Source: Amoebidium appalachense
Taxonomy: Eukaryota > Protista > Ichthyosporea
DNA: 64,000 nt
Direction of reading: 5' to 3'
Assembly (NCBI GenBank): GCA_963693365.1
Contig: CAVNZM010000002.1
Span: 14,913,615 to 14,977,614 of the forward strand
A model generated the notes under the pieces. It had not been told where the DNA came from and ran no database searches. It saw nothing but the letters and a program-made list of their open reading frames with translations. Made by a program: the position numbers and the translations under genes. Positions within the stretch are counted from its first letter, which is position 1; every line of letters starts with the position of its first letter. Below are positions 1 to 25,118 of the stretch, one piece after another.

Positions 1-305
1 AAGCCCGTAGCCAGACCAAGCTCCTCTTCTGCTGAGAGAATGGGCGGTGGTCCATTCTTTTTGTATCCTTGGTTAGGGTCTCGAATGTACCTATATAATG
101 TGGAACGTGAAACCCCAGACTCCCGTGCAATCTGTCTCATGCTAGGTTTGTCAGGATCATCTAACCTGAGCAGGAGCTTTTTTATGAACTCGTCACTAAA
201 CGTTGGCCCGTACCTAGACCCCTGTCTTATGACACTAGGTGCTGACCTACAAGGGCCTTTCTTGCGTAGTTTTTGCACTGTGGAGCGGCGTGAAAGTTTC
301 GTCAT
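1..305 (-). mobile_element. N-terminus of a pogo/Fot1/Tigger-like (Tc1-mariner superfamily) transposase, running off the left edge
   Basis: Minus ORF from ATG at 305, open to position 1, so it is missing from the ORF track: MTKLSRRSTVQKLRKK...PSMRQIARESGVSRSTLYRYIRDPNQGYKKNGPPPILSAEEELGLA. This is a psq-type HTH followed by the G-x-P-P-x-L-S-x-E-E-E linker typical of CENP-B/pogo transposases. The DDD domain is not visible in the window. Confidence 0.7.
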
Positions 306-1360
306 TTTTGCTGTGTACGCGTACTTTTTGCAGTGCGCAAGTCTTTTGGGAACACTCGCTCGTGCTAGTGAATAGATCCTAAGCAAGTGCAACTTGGAAA
401 AGCTAAATAAATGCTAAAAGAGTGCCTCTGCTCATAAGGTTTGTGCTGTACGTTCGGTTCTATGGTATCGTTCGGAGGGGGGGAAGGAGGGGAAGGGGGG
501 GAAGGGGAGGGGGGGGGGGGGGGGGGGTGGGGGGGGGCAATGTTCGAACATGTTACAACCGACCGTGACCGTAACACAACCGTTTCTTCCTCCGCGTCAG
601 TTTCAAATGGAGCAAGGTCTACTCTGCGCCTTTCTCGATTATGACGTAGCTCATTACTAATATAACGTCATTAGTGATGTCACGAATTCGATAATGACGT
701 CCCCTCCTCACCTCTCCCCTCTAAAGGCTTCCCTCGCTCTCTCCTTTTCCCCCAGGCACAAATAGGAATAAACCCCGCAAAAGTGTGCGTGTGACTTTGG
801 ACTGCCACTTACTTATTAGACATGTACACAATCACAAGATAATTACGCAATATAACAAATGGAACCACACGACACCAGACCCGATGAAAGCATACACCTT
901 GTAGAACTAAGCCTTATCACTGTGTATGTCTCGTTTTATATATAATGACCGCCTTAACCATATTGCCAAATATGGCACTCGCAAATGTGTAACACCTAAA
1001 TATATATTACCTTCCTGTAGAATTGGTCTTTCTCTAGCTGATGGTATTATTGATCACATATCACGCTTTTACTGTACACGTGCTATACAGTGGAGATCTA
1101 TTAAGTATAAGGTGGCATCGTTTGCATGCACAAACAACACACACACACACCAGTTTAAACGGCCATGTATCGCCAAATGTAGTTTGATAGACCACATAAT
1201 ACCGCAACACACACACGTCACATCATAACAGACACCCAGAAAGATAGCCTACCTGAAAATTACAACATCCTTGATTTTATACTAATCACGCGTAACTACG
1301 ACCTGTTTATTAGATGTATTGGTTGGCTCGAGAAACACATCATTACAAAAATCTAGCGCG

Positions 1361-1403
<43 letters not shown>

Positions 1404-1436
1404 CCAACTGATACCGAGTGTCCCAGGGGAGCCCGG

Positions 1437-1470
<34 letters not shown>

Positions 1471-1770
1471 AAAGAAAACGGGGAACCCCAACTAATTGAT
1501 TTTTCTTAGTCTTTATGGTGTCTCGTAAAGAAAGTAAACCCTGATATATAATCATCACCCGACATCTATGTACGTGATCATGGTATACCGCTGAGGGGAT
1601 ATTCCTCGAGCATAAACCCCCCATACCTGAGACTGGTCTCTCTTTGCCTCGAGTAAACAGCGTAAACCCACGCCATTATGATGTCACTGATGATGTCACG
1701 AAGCCATATATAGATAAGGAAATGCCGGATATGGTAAAAAAAAAAAGCGACTACATCACGAACGAGAAAT

Positions 1771-2209
1771 GAAAACAATAAAAAAAAGTAGGAATATCGT
1801 TTGAAAAACACCGTGAAAAATAAAAAACTGTGCTTGGTTCAGTGTATCACCATCTAATATCGTGATCTTGCAAGCTATATATCTCGTGGTGTCCGATCTT
1901 GATGGCATTATGCTGTTGGCATCTGCATGATATATTCTACATTAAAAAAAAAATTCTTGCAAGGTTGGACCCAATGCGATATGAATCGTGCGTAATTAGC
2001 ATAGATACCCCCCCCCCCACCCCCCCCCTTTTCCAGCCCCCCCCCCCCCCCCCCCCCCCCCCGCGCGTCTCTGTAGAAATCATCCCGGAGACAAAAAAGC
2101 CAGTAGTCTGAGTCACACGACAGTATATAACTACGTGTGCATAAATTTCTAACATGTTTCTATAGTAAAATATGTGGGCCCGATATTCCTACTTTTTTTT
2201 ATTGTTTTA
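1771..2209. repeat. ~29-bp inverted repeat pair (degenerate MITE-like remnant)
   Basis: gaaaacaataaaaaaaagtaggaatatcg (1771-1799) is the near-exact reverse complement of cgatattcctactttttttt-attgtttt (2181-2209). A partial third copy lies at about 2334-2350. Confidence 0.55.
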
Positions 2210-2293
2210 TAAAAAACTTTTCTTGCGCGCTGAAAACTTTGAATCCCCGCCCAAATTTTCATGTGACTTATCGCGAATAATGGGTCGATGCAA

Positions 2294-2324
<31 letters not shown>

Positions 2325-2709
2325 GAGACTGCAATATTCCTACTTCTTTCATAAAACATGGAGCCGTGTGTGCCTGGCTGGCTGCTTCAAATTTCACTGC
2401 CGTGTACATGTGGTGTGGATTCTTTAGTATTGCTGCTTTCAAATTTGGGATTCTTTAAAATCTAATTCTCTTACACGTGCTCTGAGCTGCCCATGCAAGT
2501 CGTTTCTCGATCTGGCGTGGATTAGATAGCCGACGGTTGTGTTAAAATTTAAGATTTGAAAGTATTATTTATTTAAAGGGCAGGGCAGGTGACCATATGT
2601 AAACTGGGGTGGGGCTGACATATGAGTGGTGGTGGCAGTGTTATTTTCACTTCCTTACTTCTTCTTTTTTTTTTTAATGTGTGTGTAAGTGGTCTGTGTG
2701 TGTTGGGGG

Positions 2710-2747
<38 letters not shown>

Positions 2748-3693
2748 TGTGCTCTTCTTGTATACCTTTTAGAGGAAGCAACAGAAAGACAGGTATGTAT
2801 ATCACGTAGCACCTTTGTGGCCCCGAATTACTCGTAGATTTATTCGTGAATAAATTCTTTGGAGGAACCATTTCCTCAGAGCCCACACCACACATACGGT
2901 GTTTTAAACACCTCCTAGCAGCAACATTCAAAACAGATTCTGAATTACAATCCTCCACTGTTTCAGGTAAGCACTGTTTTTTCCTTTAAGAAATTTAAAA
3001 TCTTAAAACCGGGCTCCTGGTAGATCTCTACGTGTGCACTTCACTTTGCTGGAGGCAATCTAAACCTCGGTCACCACACATGACTTCTATCGAACCAGCA
3101 ATTGTTTAAGTATAGCAGCCAATTACGACGTCCGGATCGTGGCCATTCATGCCCAGGCTGTGTTTGGTTGGGACTGCCCCATGCTGATGCTCTGGCGGCC
3201 AATAGGAAGCACATGCACATTCCATTCTTTTCAATTATTCATACTACCCTCGCCCGCATACGATAACTAACGATATGGCACACCGCGGTTCAATTTAGTT
3301 GATTTCTAACTATTCCACCCAACCAATGACGTCTTTCGGTTAATTTATAAATCACCGTAAATCACGCAATTCAACCGTCAGCAAGCTCCTTGGGTTTGTG
3401 TAGAATCTTGACGCCCATCAGGTTGCCTACCCTCGCGCCCTCCTTCCATTTCTGTCATTGGGGGAAAGACATACCACACGTGTTAGCACACTGAAAATCA
3501 CACGTAGCAAGTTGTTCCGGCGTCCATATTTGGGTAAGTAAGGGGATACAGAGGAGGCTGAGGGAATATATCTTCCATTCGAAATACATACACTACAACG
3601 ACACACATCGACTTCTCTCAACAATACAAAGATGGGGCATTCAGACAACACATGCTGAGAGGGTACCGGCCTGAAAGAGGATCCCCCCCCCAC

Positions 3694-3728
<35 letters not shown>

Positions 3729-4065
3729 AAAACCCCAAGCCCCACCCACCCACCAACCCACCCTCCACCAACCACCTCCGGGCAGCCACCTTCAATCATA
3801 ATCATAAAACTGCACCTATGATACCCCATTTAAAACACCGCAAGGCAATCAACAACGACGACGAAGGAAGGAAGGCTGGAAAAATGAAAAACCCTAAAAA
3901 CACGAAAGCAACTTGCCGACAGGTAAATCGTTTTGCCGTAAAATGAACAGTTGTGTCTATCTAAGACATTATTTTCATATCCACATTATTCATCACCTGC
4001 ACCCAGTTATCTGCCTGCATTTTATTTACACACAAATTTCCAAACATTTACACATTCCCACCCAC

Positions 4066-14939
<10,874 letters not shown>

Positions 14940-15859
14940 GATTTGTGCAGCGTTTCGTGACACACGGTCCTATTTTCTCGTGAATATGCCCGCAGATTAT
15001 TCCATTGTATGGCTTGAGTTGTGCAGCTGTGAGGCCGTGGTAATGTACAAGAAGTGGGCAAGTCGTGTGAAGTCTGTCGTGCAACAGTGGCGCACGCCTT
15101 TTGTGAAATGTGCGTTTGATTCTCCTTCTAATCGTCTGTAGGTATATTGGGGTGAAGGGATGGGTGTTTCAAGGTATGCACACTTGGGCGTGTTTTTTTG
15201 TATTCGCGTGTGTACGTGTGTGCCTTGGTTTGAAGTATTGGTGTGCGAATGTGTATGCATATGAAAAATTTCGCGGCGCACGTGGGAAAATTACGTCCGT
15301 GTTTGCTCAACACAACATGAGGTACCATAGGCTGCTGAAAGTTTTCCTACTCATGTCCGATGGCCTACCACCATAAGGAAAACTAAGGAAATTGACAGCG
15401 GTAGTACAGGTAGGGTCTGTTGAGCTGTACCTATACAGAGCAATTGCGCCTGAACTCTGTGAGATTCGGTTTCTCTTCTCTTATATAGATAAACATAATA
15501 AACACAACAAAAACATGAAGACTGGAGACATAAAGAGCCGCTGATATATATCACGGTAATTGCTTCCTCCCTCGAGTAGTTTTCTCAAACTTTGGTGCCT
15601 CCGACATCCGAGGCTGTGACTTCGTACACGGCCCTCTGCCGTGCTTCGTAGCGTGCGTTCTCCTTGAACGTTTGTTGTTCACATTCCCGCATTCCAAACA
15701 GATTAGTTTATATAATTGCCCAATCACAAATAAGGACCGCACATTCCCGACACTTCGGCGGGAACGAATTAGAACGCCGTATGCAACAAGTTTTGCATAG
15801 CAGTTCGTGCACAAAGCCGCTGTGAGCCTGTGACCGTCGTGTGTGTGTGTCACGGTATA

Positions 15860-16435
<576 letters not shown>

Positions 16436-16514
16436 AGGTTTTAAATTTTCGTGGCTTTTTTTGACACGGGGTTTTTTTTTTTTAGGAAAGGGGAGTGTGT
16501 TCGTGTGTGTGTGT

Positions 16515-16545
<31 letters not shown>

Positions 16546-17089
16546 TGTCGTGGATTTTGCATTATCAGTAGTGTGTACGTGTGGAACTGCATGACTCTGT
16601 GTTACCGAGCAGTGTTGCCGTCAGGAAAGATTTTATTGCCGGGCTCACTACAGTTCACAAGTCCATGTTGCTCATCCCGTGCAGCACTACGAAACTATTT
16701 GATATATATCTTATATATATAACATCTTCTAGACTTGTGGGTCAACCGTGAACTCACATTTTGGATTTGCACTCGTACGGAAACCGGCTGCATTCGTGAT
16801 CTTGAACTATGTAATAACTGCTCAGTACAAAACACAAAAGAGTATGCATCAACATGGTATCTGATATGTACACAATACTGTAACTCACTTTCGTGCATTA
16901 TAAATTCATCAATAAACTCAAGATAAACTATCATGTTTTATAAAAGCAAAACAATCTTTAGGGAAACGACATTCATACACATCAGGTTTTGCGAGCAAAG
17001 TTTACGATACTTAAAACAATCTACACTTCAAAGAAGAATAAAAGTTGAATGAAACTGACGACTCATAAAAGAATTTACCCGTCTGCCTT

Positions 17090-18250
17090 TCAGTTACGCA
17101 AGAAATCAGGATACTGCTCAATCACATAGTAGTACACCATCAGAATTGGCAGCGAAATCAATGTTCCAAACGTAACACTAGCCCCCAAAATGTGCGAACC
17201 AGTATCGTAAAACTTTGCCAGAGTAAACGTTACCACAGCCTGAGGCAAAGCCGCTTGCATAGTAAGAGTTCTCCATTCCAACCCCCTCACACTCAAAGCC
17301 CAAGCCACAATACCCATCATCACAGGAGAGACAGCCAAACGGAGAAAAAGAGAAAGAGACAACTTGCCCCTTAACCCTCGTGGTGGGATTAAGGGGTGGC
17401 CGTGCATGAAGTATCCAACGTTGAATAGAGCAAGACCCCCAACACAATTGCTAAATTGCGCCAGGAAATTCGTGAGCATTTTGGGCGGGATATGTTTCGA
17501 ATTTACCGCGTATGCAATCAGTGAATAGACGATACCTACCACGGAAGCCCATAAAACAGGGTTGGTGAGAAGACGGTTAAACACCAAAAGAAGAGTCGGA
17601 TGGATGCCGAAACTCCGTTTTGGGGGCATTCGATGCGAGATCGTTGGGGAAACGCCTGTTTCCTGTTGTAGGATTGGCTGTTAGTGTGAGCACGTGATTT
17701 ATATGAGGGTATAACAAGAGGAGTATGTTGGGGAAGGCGGGTGGAAAGGTGTGAATGAGTTTACGTGTGTGGTTGTAATGCAAGGAAGTCCGAGCGGCTG
17801 TGCCAGGAGGGAGCATTCTAAAAAGCACAAGAAGGAAATGACCGTGTGACAACAACAACAAAGTACAAATATTGGTTTTTCAAATATCGGAGAAGGGGGG
17901 GCATCCATACAAACACATGTACACAGTGCACACTCGCAAGCACCCAGCGTGAGGGTGAAACACTATGCATGTACCAACAGAAAAGCAATAGGTCGCAAAT
18001 TATGCAAACACACAAGTATCTTTTTACAGAGACAAACACATCCACATCCCTTCCCCCCCTCCTCCTCCCTCCCCCCCCCCCCCCCTTCCCCTCCCATCAC
18101 CACGAACACACACACACACACACACATTATACATAGGGATGCTATGCATGTACAGGCACACCCAAGCGCGACAACTGTTCCGCACGTACCACACGTCACA
18201 CACACGAGCAAGCACACAACACACACACACACACACACGAGCAAACACAC

Positions 18251-18284
<34 letters not shown>

Positions 18285-18554
18285 TACACACGTACCATAA
18301 CTCCACTCATCCTCTCGTCAATCTCCGACGCTTGCGCCGACATCCCACCCTCATGTGCAGGGGTGGATGAGCCGCTTGCATTGTTAATGGGGTAGATGGA
18401 CCCGCCAGTTACTGGTGCCTGCTTGTTTGTTTTGTCATATGCAGAGGGATTGTCCGGACGGTCGGTGGGGCTTATCGCGATCACGGCCTGTGTATGTGTG
18501 TGTGTGGGTGTGTGTGTGTGTTTTTTTTTTTTTTTTTGTTTTTTTTGTTTTTTT

Positions 18555-18594
<40 letters not shown>

Positions 18595-19916
18595 GATTAG
18601 AACGTCACAAGTCGGAAGACGGACATGGGAGAAATTTGAACACAAAGCGAAACATTTTCAACAGAACCCCATAAGAAATGTGCAGGCGAAAGATCACTGG
18701 TTTTATCGCGAAAGAAACATTGATCTTTCACCCCTTTTTTGCTTTGTGTCCCCCCGCAGAAAGGGAGGGAAACAACAGAAGAAGCAGAAAGAGACGAAGA
18801 AAGATATAAGCGGACTCAAAAGATGCTAAAGGGCAAAAGACCAACAAGAAGGGGATGATTCAAATCATGAACGATGGAAAAAACAAGAAACAGAGAAAGT
18901 AAGCAAGGAAGAAACGAACAAATCACCAAATATCACTCACATTATCAGTAGATTCTGACGATACAGCCTGCAGTGGATGCGCCTCGTACGGGTCGCGTCC
19001 CGCCTTTATCTCCAGGGATTTACCCGCCTCTACATCCCGCACAACCGCCGCAGAATCCTCCCCGTTTCCGGACACGCCGTCCCGAAACCTTTCCTTTTCC
19101 GCCTCCCGCGCGACTTTTACAATCTCACCGATTACGACGAGCGATGGGACGATTAGAAGTGTTTGTGCAACGACCACAAACACCTGAAGAGCCTCCGTTT
19201 GTGGCCCATACATGCCGACGGTCACCGGAACGCCGACAATAAGAGAATTCGGGAAAGAAAGGATCGAATAACTGACAAATGTTCTTTCGGCAAGAAGCCT
19301 GAATGACCTGCGGCCACTAGGAAGAAAGTAGAATACGCCCGAGGTTATGAATGCAATCAGTAGGCACACCATGGCGTGAAGGAACACAGACACCATCACC
19401 ATGATGTTGAAGTCGTAGAGGTTTGTCTTCAGCGTCACGACGAGACAGAGAAGGGGGATGCAGAACAAAACGAGAAACGTTTGAAGTCCCTGCGTGAGGT
19501 GAGAGAGAGGATTGTTAGAAGGGGGAAAAAAAAGAGGATTTTTGGTCACGATTGCTTACACTAATGGGATCAAGGAGTTTGCACAAGATGTCAACAAAGG
19601 GGGGGGGGGGAGGGGGGAGGGGGGAGAGGGGGGGGGGGGGGGGGGGGGGGGGAGGGAAGCCAATCAAGCAACACACAGCCTACACCCTTTCCTCTGTGAA
19701 CCATAACCCCTCAGCCTTAATCTGCAAAACTAATAACACACCAAGTGTAAATGCAGGTATTGAAAAGGTGTCTTTGATGCGACATTTTCAGATACAAAAA
19801 CCTTCGTTTCAGAACCTTTTCTTTCTGCAATTTTGGACATAACTTTATTTTTGGATGTTCAGAATAATTACTACACAACTCAGCTGTTTTAGACGCACAC
19901 ACACGCACACGCACAC

Positions 19917-19973
<57 letters not shown>

Positions 19974-20683
19974 CTACCACCACAGAACCCCACCCGCCCA
20001 CCCACACGCCACCAGATTTGCACATGCACATCAACACTGACCACTCGAACGTCCCTAAGTTCCCTTTTCTTTAGCTTCCTTCTCGCAAGTCTTCAGAACG
20101 CATTGACAAGCCAAGCAGGTGTGTGTGTGTGTGCACGCGCACGCGCGTGTGAGTCTGTGTGTGTGTGTGTGTGTGAGCATACCTCGTAACCTTCTTGCGC
20201 AATAATGCCCCTCCTTGCCGCCAGAAATCCGAGGCCCATGGCCCCATACATGGGCACAACATTGTTGGCAACGTCAAGAAGTGCCCCTCCAGAAACCTGC
20301 GAGTGGAAAAATTAAAGTTAGCCCAAGTGCCTAGCGGGTAAATTCTTTCGAAAACAAGAAGCACAAGTGAGTTGCTTGAGCTTGCCAGAGGAGTTGCCTA
20401 TAATCCATCTACAAGTCCAGAGTACAAATTTGAACCTCTTTAAGAAAGAATTCCGGTTATGAAACAGCACAGATCAAAGGCAACGAGTAACGAAGAAAGC
20501 ATATGGTAGGCACACAACTTCGTGCACTAGCACTGGAAAAAGCGGGCGAGCCACTCAGGTAGGCGGCTTATAGAACCAACCAGAACGCTGGACATGAATA
20601 AAGTTATCTTCTAACTTGTGTATGTGCATGTAACATCTCCCGCGTCACCTGTGTCTTCCCCCCCCCCCCCCCCCCCCCCCCCC

Positions 20684-20720
<37 letters not shown>

Positions 20721-20956
20721 AACCCCCCTTCTCACAACCCCACCATCCCCGCCAACCAACGACACCAACTCTCAATGAACCATCATCACATGTGTTTCTC
20801 ATGCATCTGCAAATTGGGCCGCATACTGTGTCCGTGTGCGTCTTTACCAAATCGTACATAGCGCTCCCAAGATATGTGCCCTGATGTGACAGTGTAAAAA
20901 ATGCGTAAAAATACACCAATACCCGATGGCTTGCCAGTGTGTCAGATGCTTACCAT
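17090..20956 (-). CDS. PIN: PIN-FORMED-like auxin efflux carrier (~476 aa)
   Basis: Exons: ATG alone at 20956-20954, 20296-20183, 19489-18941, 18487-18296, 17662-17090, all phase 0. Motifs match PIN TM segments: MVSGGALLDVANNVVPMYGAMGLG, GLQTFLVLFCIPLL, SFPNSLIVGVPVTVGMYG, RLLTNPVLWASVVGIVYSL, QAALPQAVVTFTLAKFY, FGTLISLPILMVYY. Confidence 0.9.
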
Positions 20957-21619
20957 TCTTAAAATAGATGTGACGCGCGGTCCTAAGAAAAGGCAAGAAG
21001 CATATCCCTCTTGAATTCTTGAACGCTCCTCCTCCTTCTCTTGACGCGGTAGAAACGGTACGTCAGCACCAACAGACACAAGAAGGGTTGGACAAGTGTT
21101 GGCTTTGGCAAAGAACTCTCAAGCAGCACCTCTCCATCGGCAGACCTGTGTGCGTTTCCAGAAGAAAATTGTAATCAACGTATATAAGCTTTACATGTCC
21201 ATTGATGTATGTACCATCGGCATCAACCCCTTACACGCCGGTAGTAGTCCCAGCAAATCCAGTCATCAACACGTGAAAGCCTTCCAGGTTTATGTTTTTG
21301 CACCACCTCTTCTCAGCGTCGATGCTGTGAAACGTTGTTATACGCACACTAACATGCAGTGCAGAAACTCCCCTGTCGTGAACAGTTAACAAATAGAGAA
21401 GAAAAGGAAGTATGTCTATATCTATACCAATTGCACAATGCACATCTGCAGCGTCAAAGTAAAACAACACTGGCATTGAGTCAGGCCAGGTTTGTCGTCA
21501 TAGATGCAGTTCCGTGGCCACGGGGTTATAGTCTACTAAATATATGACGTAACATTTCCTGAATGGAAACTGTAATAAAACGCTAATGCAAGGTTTTAGA
21601 GTTCTCAGCGGTAGACTAA

Positions 21620-21860
21620 TTGACCAATGACCACTGAGATTTGACGTCATACGTGCCCGTGGGTGTGATACCACCTAACCCAATCAAATCGCGTAACGCA
21701 TTTCAGCCCAAAAAGCAACCAATCAGAGCGCTTATACAATGGTCTTGCCCATATTTGATTATTTTGAGAATGAGATTAGCCAATAGATTCGAAGAATAAC
21801 ACGCGCGGGAATTTAAATGTATTAGCCAGTGAGCCGGTGAGTCGGCGGTGACGTCTGTTG
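21620..21860. promoter_or_regulatory. Candidate promoter between divergent PIN and ADH genes: CCAAT boxes and TGACGT(CA) motifs
   Basis: Repeat-free island with ccaat at about 21625, 21680, 21719 and 21780, TGACGTCA at 21642-21649 and gtgacgtc at about 21848. Function is inferred only. Confidence 0.4.
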
Positions 21861-22568
21861 CGCCTGTGAGACAGTCTTACAAGATCCAAAATGCGTGGAA
21901 TACGTTTGTTTGTGTTTTCTTACCAAGATCATCACCATGATATACAAGATTAGTAACACTCCAGATACTTCTTGACATATTGTCCATATCTTCTAGGTGA
22001 TAAAGGCTTCCTACACCCAAAAATACAGGTATATGGTGTGAGCTGATTGTAATAAGCTGCATATGATGGTCAAGAGGGCGTGTATACACGTGTTTTCTTA
22101 CCACTTGCAAAATCTGTATGATCATGTACTACAGTAGCACTTACGTAAATTACAGCACGCCTCGTAGCATGATTGACGTCACCCAGGGCTTGCTCTGCCT
22201 GCTAAGGAAGAATGACGCAAATGAATCTTCTTATATTTTTCACCCGGGTTTGGGCCAGAGCCTATCTAAACCTATATCACACAGGTGCCCATATCATATT
22301 GAATATGGCGCGGTTTTTTCGTAGGGACGTCGACAGTTGCAACAGTTATAATAGTGGTTGACACTGGCGGCCCTTCTTCCTGTGTAATTTTAAATAGGGC
22401 GGCCTGATCCGAATTTCCGATGACGGCTGTACAGCCCTCACCAATATCGTTGCGCGTGGATACATCATAGTATTATATGATATATAGGCTTGATTCACGG
22501 CCATCTAGAAACACCGTGTTTCTAGATGGCCGTGGCTTGATTGCATCATCCCCCCTAGCGTGTCTCCA

Positions 22569-22603
<35 letters not shown>

Positions 22604-24520
22604 CCCTCCCCCCTCGAGCAGCTCCTCCTCCTTTTCCCCACCCCGACGTTCAAAATTCCCTCCTTTCTTCATAAACTCTCCCTCGTGACCCATGGCTGGT
22701 GACGCCTCTTCCCCCCCCGGCCCCGGGGCCGAGGCCATGAGTATGTCTGGGTGTAAACCGGAATCTCAGATGATGAGAGTCTGTTAAGTAGTAGATACTT
22801 GTAATTTGAATCTTTGTACATGTCCCGTGCATGTCATGCCATGTGTTGGGGGCATCACCGGGTTCAGACCACGGTATTACACTGCTGGCACCCACACGGA
22901 TCCAACATTTGGGGCATAATCAATACACGTTCGCGTTAGTTTGCAACCATAATAATGATGAACACTGTGACAATATAAAGCCCAATAGCCGCCCTCCTGC
23001 TGCACACGTTGTCAAGAAAGTCTTTTTTTCTCCCGGTCAGTTTCTTTTGCAATTGATTCTGTAACCTACCTGCTTGCCTTTGATTATTATGACAGCCAAG
23101 AACGGAACACAGGTTTTTGTCTAAAAGGGAGAAAAGTGAAGATACAGTATCGTGATTGTTTTCAACTACTAACCAGTGACAACCGTGACGTTGGAAGCTA
23201 GTTGAAGAGCCAAGGTTCCCATTGGCAAGGTAAATCGTTTTTATTGTTATGTTTGAAGGTTATTTGAATCCTCCCAGGTCTCAACCCCCCCCCCCCCCTT
23301 CCCGGGGGCCTTCCATATCTGGGGCCTTCCCTCACTTCCTCCCTGCCTCCCCCACCCCCCCACCCCCCTCCCCTCTGCCCCCGCTCCCCGCCTGTCAGTC
23401 TACATGCACAAACTTGCCGCCTTCCCCCCCCCTCCCGCTGTCTTTCCTTTCCGTTTTCCCCCTTCTTCACCCTTTTACCTTATTATCACAATACCACACC
23501 TTTCCTCCGATTTCAAGAGTTTTGTGAAGCTCCTCCCACACTCAAACTTCTTGTTTTAGTGTGCATGTACCAGCCTAGTATTTAGCCCAATCGTAATCAC
23601 CATTTACAACAGTTACAAAGTTGAAACAAAAGCTGCTGTGGAACGGAGAAAATTGTTGATCGAAGAAACCACGGAAGAGAAAGAGAAAAAATAATTATAA
23701 CTCCATGAAATAAAAACGTGAGTCAGGGTACCGCACATTTTCGCAGAAAGGGTGGATGGGTGGACCTGGGTGGGTGGGTGGATTTACTTGAGGGGAGGGG
23801 TTGGGAGGGGGAGGAGGGGGGAGAAGGGAGAGGGGGGGGGGGGGGGGGATAGGGGGAGGGGGGGGGTCTCTTATACAAGCAACGCTGATCACAATACCTG
23901 CTCTCTATATTTCGACAACCTATACCCATGTGCATTTAAACTCTCCTCATGCTCCTTAGCTGTCTCTGGAAAAACAGGTCTGTTCAAACTTCGGTTTTGT
24001 TGTTTTCTATTTTCCCGACACTCCGGCCTTTTTTGGTGTGCCCCTCCCCCCCTCTCTCTCTCTCCCCCCCCCCCCCCCCTCCCCCCCCCCTCCTTCTCCC
24101 CTCTCTCCCAACGCACACACACACACAAACTCCCAACCCCGTGCTGGGGTATTTAATCAAGTTAGAAAAGCTTCTGCCTCGCCACCCCCCAACCCCCAGA
24201 CCCCCCAATGCTCTTCCCCCCTCCCCCTCCCCCTCTTCCCTCCCCCCACCCCCTCGCCCTTTCCGACCTCCCCCCCCCCCCCCCCCCCCCCCTCCCCCCG
24301 CGGCCTGAGGCACCTACCCTGTGTACCCTACCCTCCTTCTCCCAGCCCCTCCCCTGGGTAGTCCATCACACCGGTGGCCACCGTAATTCTCCCCCCCCCT
24401 GCCCCCCCTCTCCTCCCCCCCGCCTTCCCCACCACCACCACCCTCATCCCGCCCCACCCCCTACCCCACCCGTTCTCTAACCAGCCCCCCCCCCCCCCCC
24501 CTCCCCCCCCCCCCCCCCTC

Positions 24521-24571
<51 letters not shown>

Positions 24572-24741
24572 ACACACACACCCCCTCGAATTGAAACTTT
24601 GATTGATCTCCATGCGCTTTGCCTTATGCTCCTTTTCCTACTGTTACAAATGGTCTCTGCCGTGTGAAAATATGCACTTACATCTTCAATATTCAGGTAA
24701 TTTTCAGCCAAAACAACCCCTTCGTCCCCACAACCGTCAAC

Positions 24742-25081
24742 ATGGACCCCAGCCTGTCGTCTGTGTCGCTGCCCAAGACCATGACTGCAGCCGTGCTGGA
24801 GGAACACGGCCATGACTTGGTGCTCAAGCAGGTGGGTTTAAATTTTAGTTTTAAATGTTAAAATTTAAAGAGAGTATTGAAGTCGTTAAGAAGGGAAAGG
24901 AAATCTTATAGACCAAGATACTTTTGGGAAGAAATGTTGATTTAAAAGATCAAAAAAGAGGACCGGGGGAGGGAGGGGGGAGGGAGGGGGGAGAGGGGGT
25001 GAGTAGCATGAAACGGCCGGTAGGCTTGAACTCAAAAACGCATGATTAAGCCCTGGGAAGGGACAGGCCTCCGGGAGAGGG

Positions 25082-25118
<37 letters not shown>

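Noticed and set aside
40-375. 111-aa plus-strand ORF
   Set aside because: It is the antisense shadow of the transposase-like frame and has no recognisable motif.
926-1228. 100-aa ORF
   Set aside because: No motif, no splice context, and AT-rich intergenic composition.
3641-4015. Candidate terminal MORN exons (acceptors at about 4015 or 3671)
   Set aside because: Several options give short non-MORN tails and cannot be distinguished without RNA data.
15551-15830. Unique-sequence reading frame upstream of MORN (Cys-containing)
   Set aside because: It could not be joined in frame to MORN exon 1 and has no known domain. It is more likely 5' UTR or promoter.
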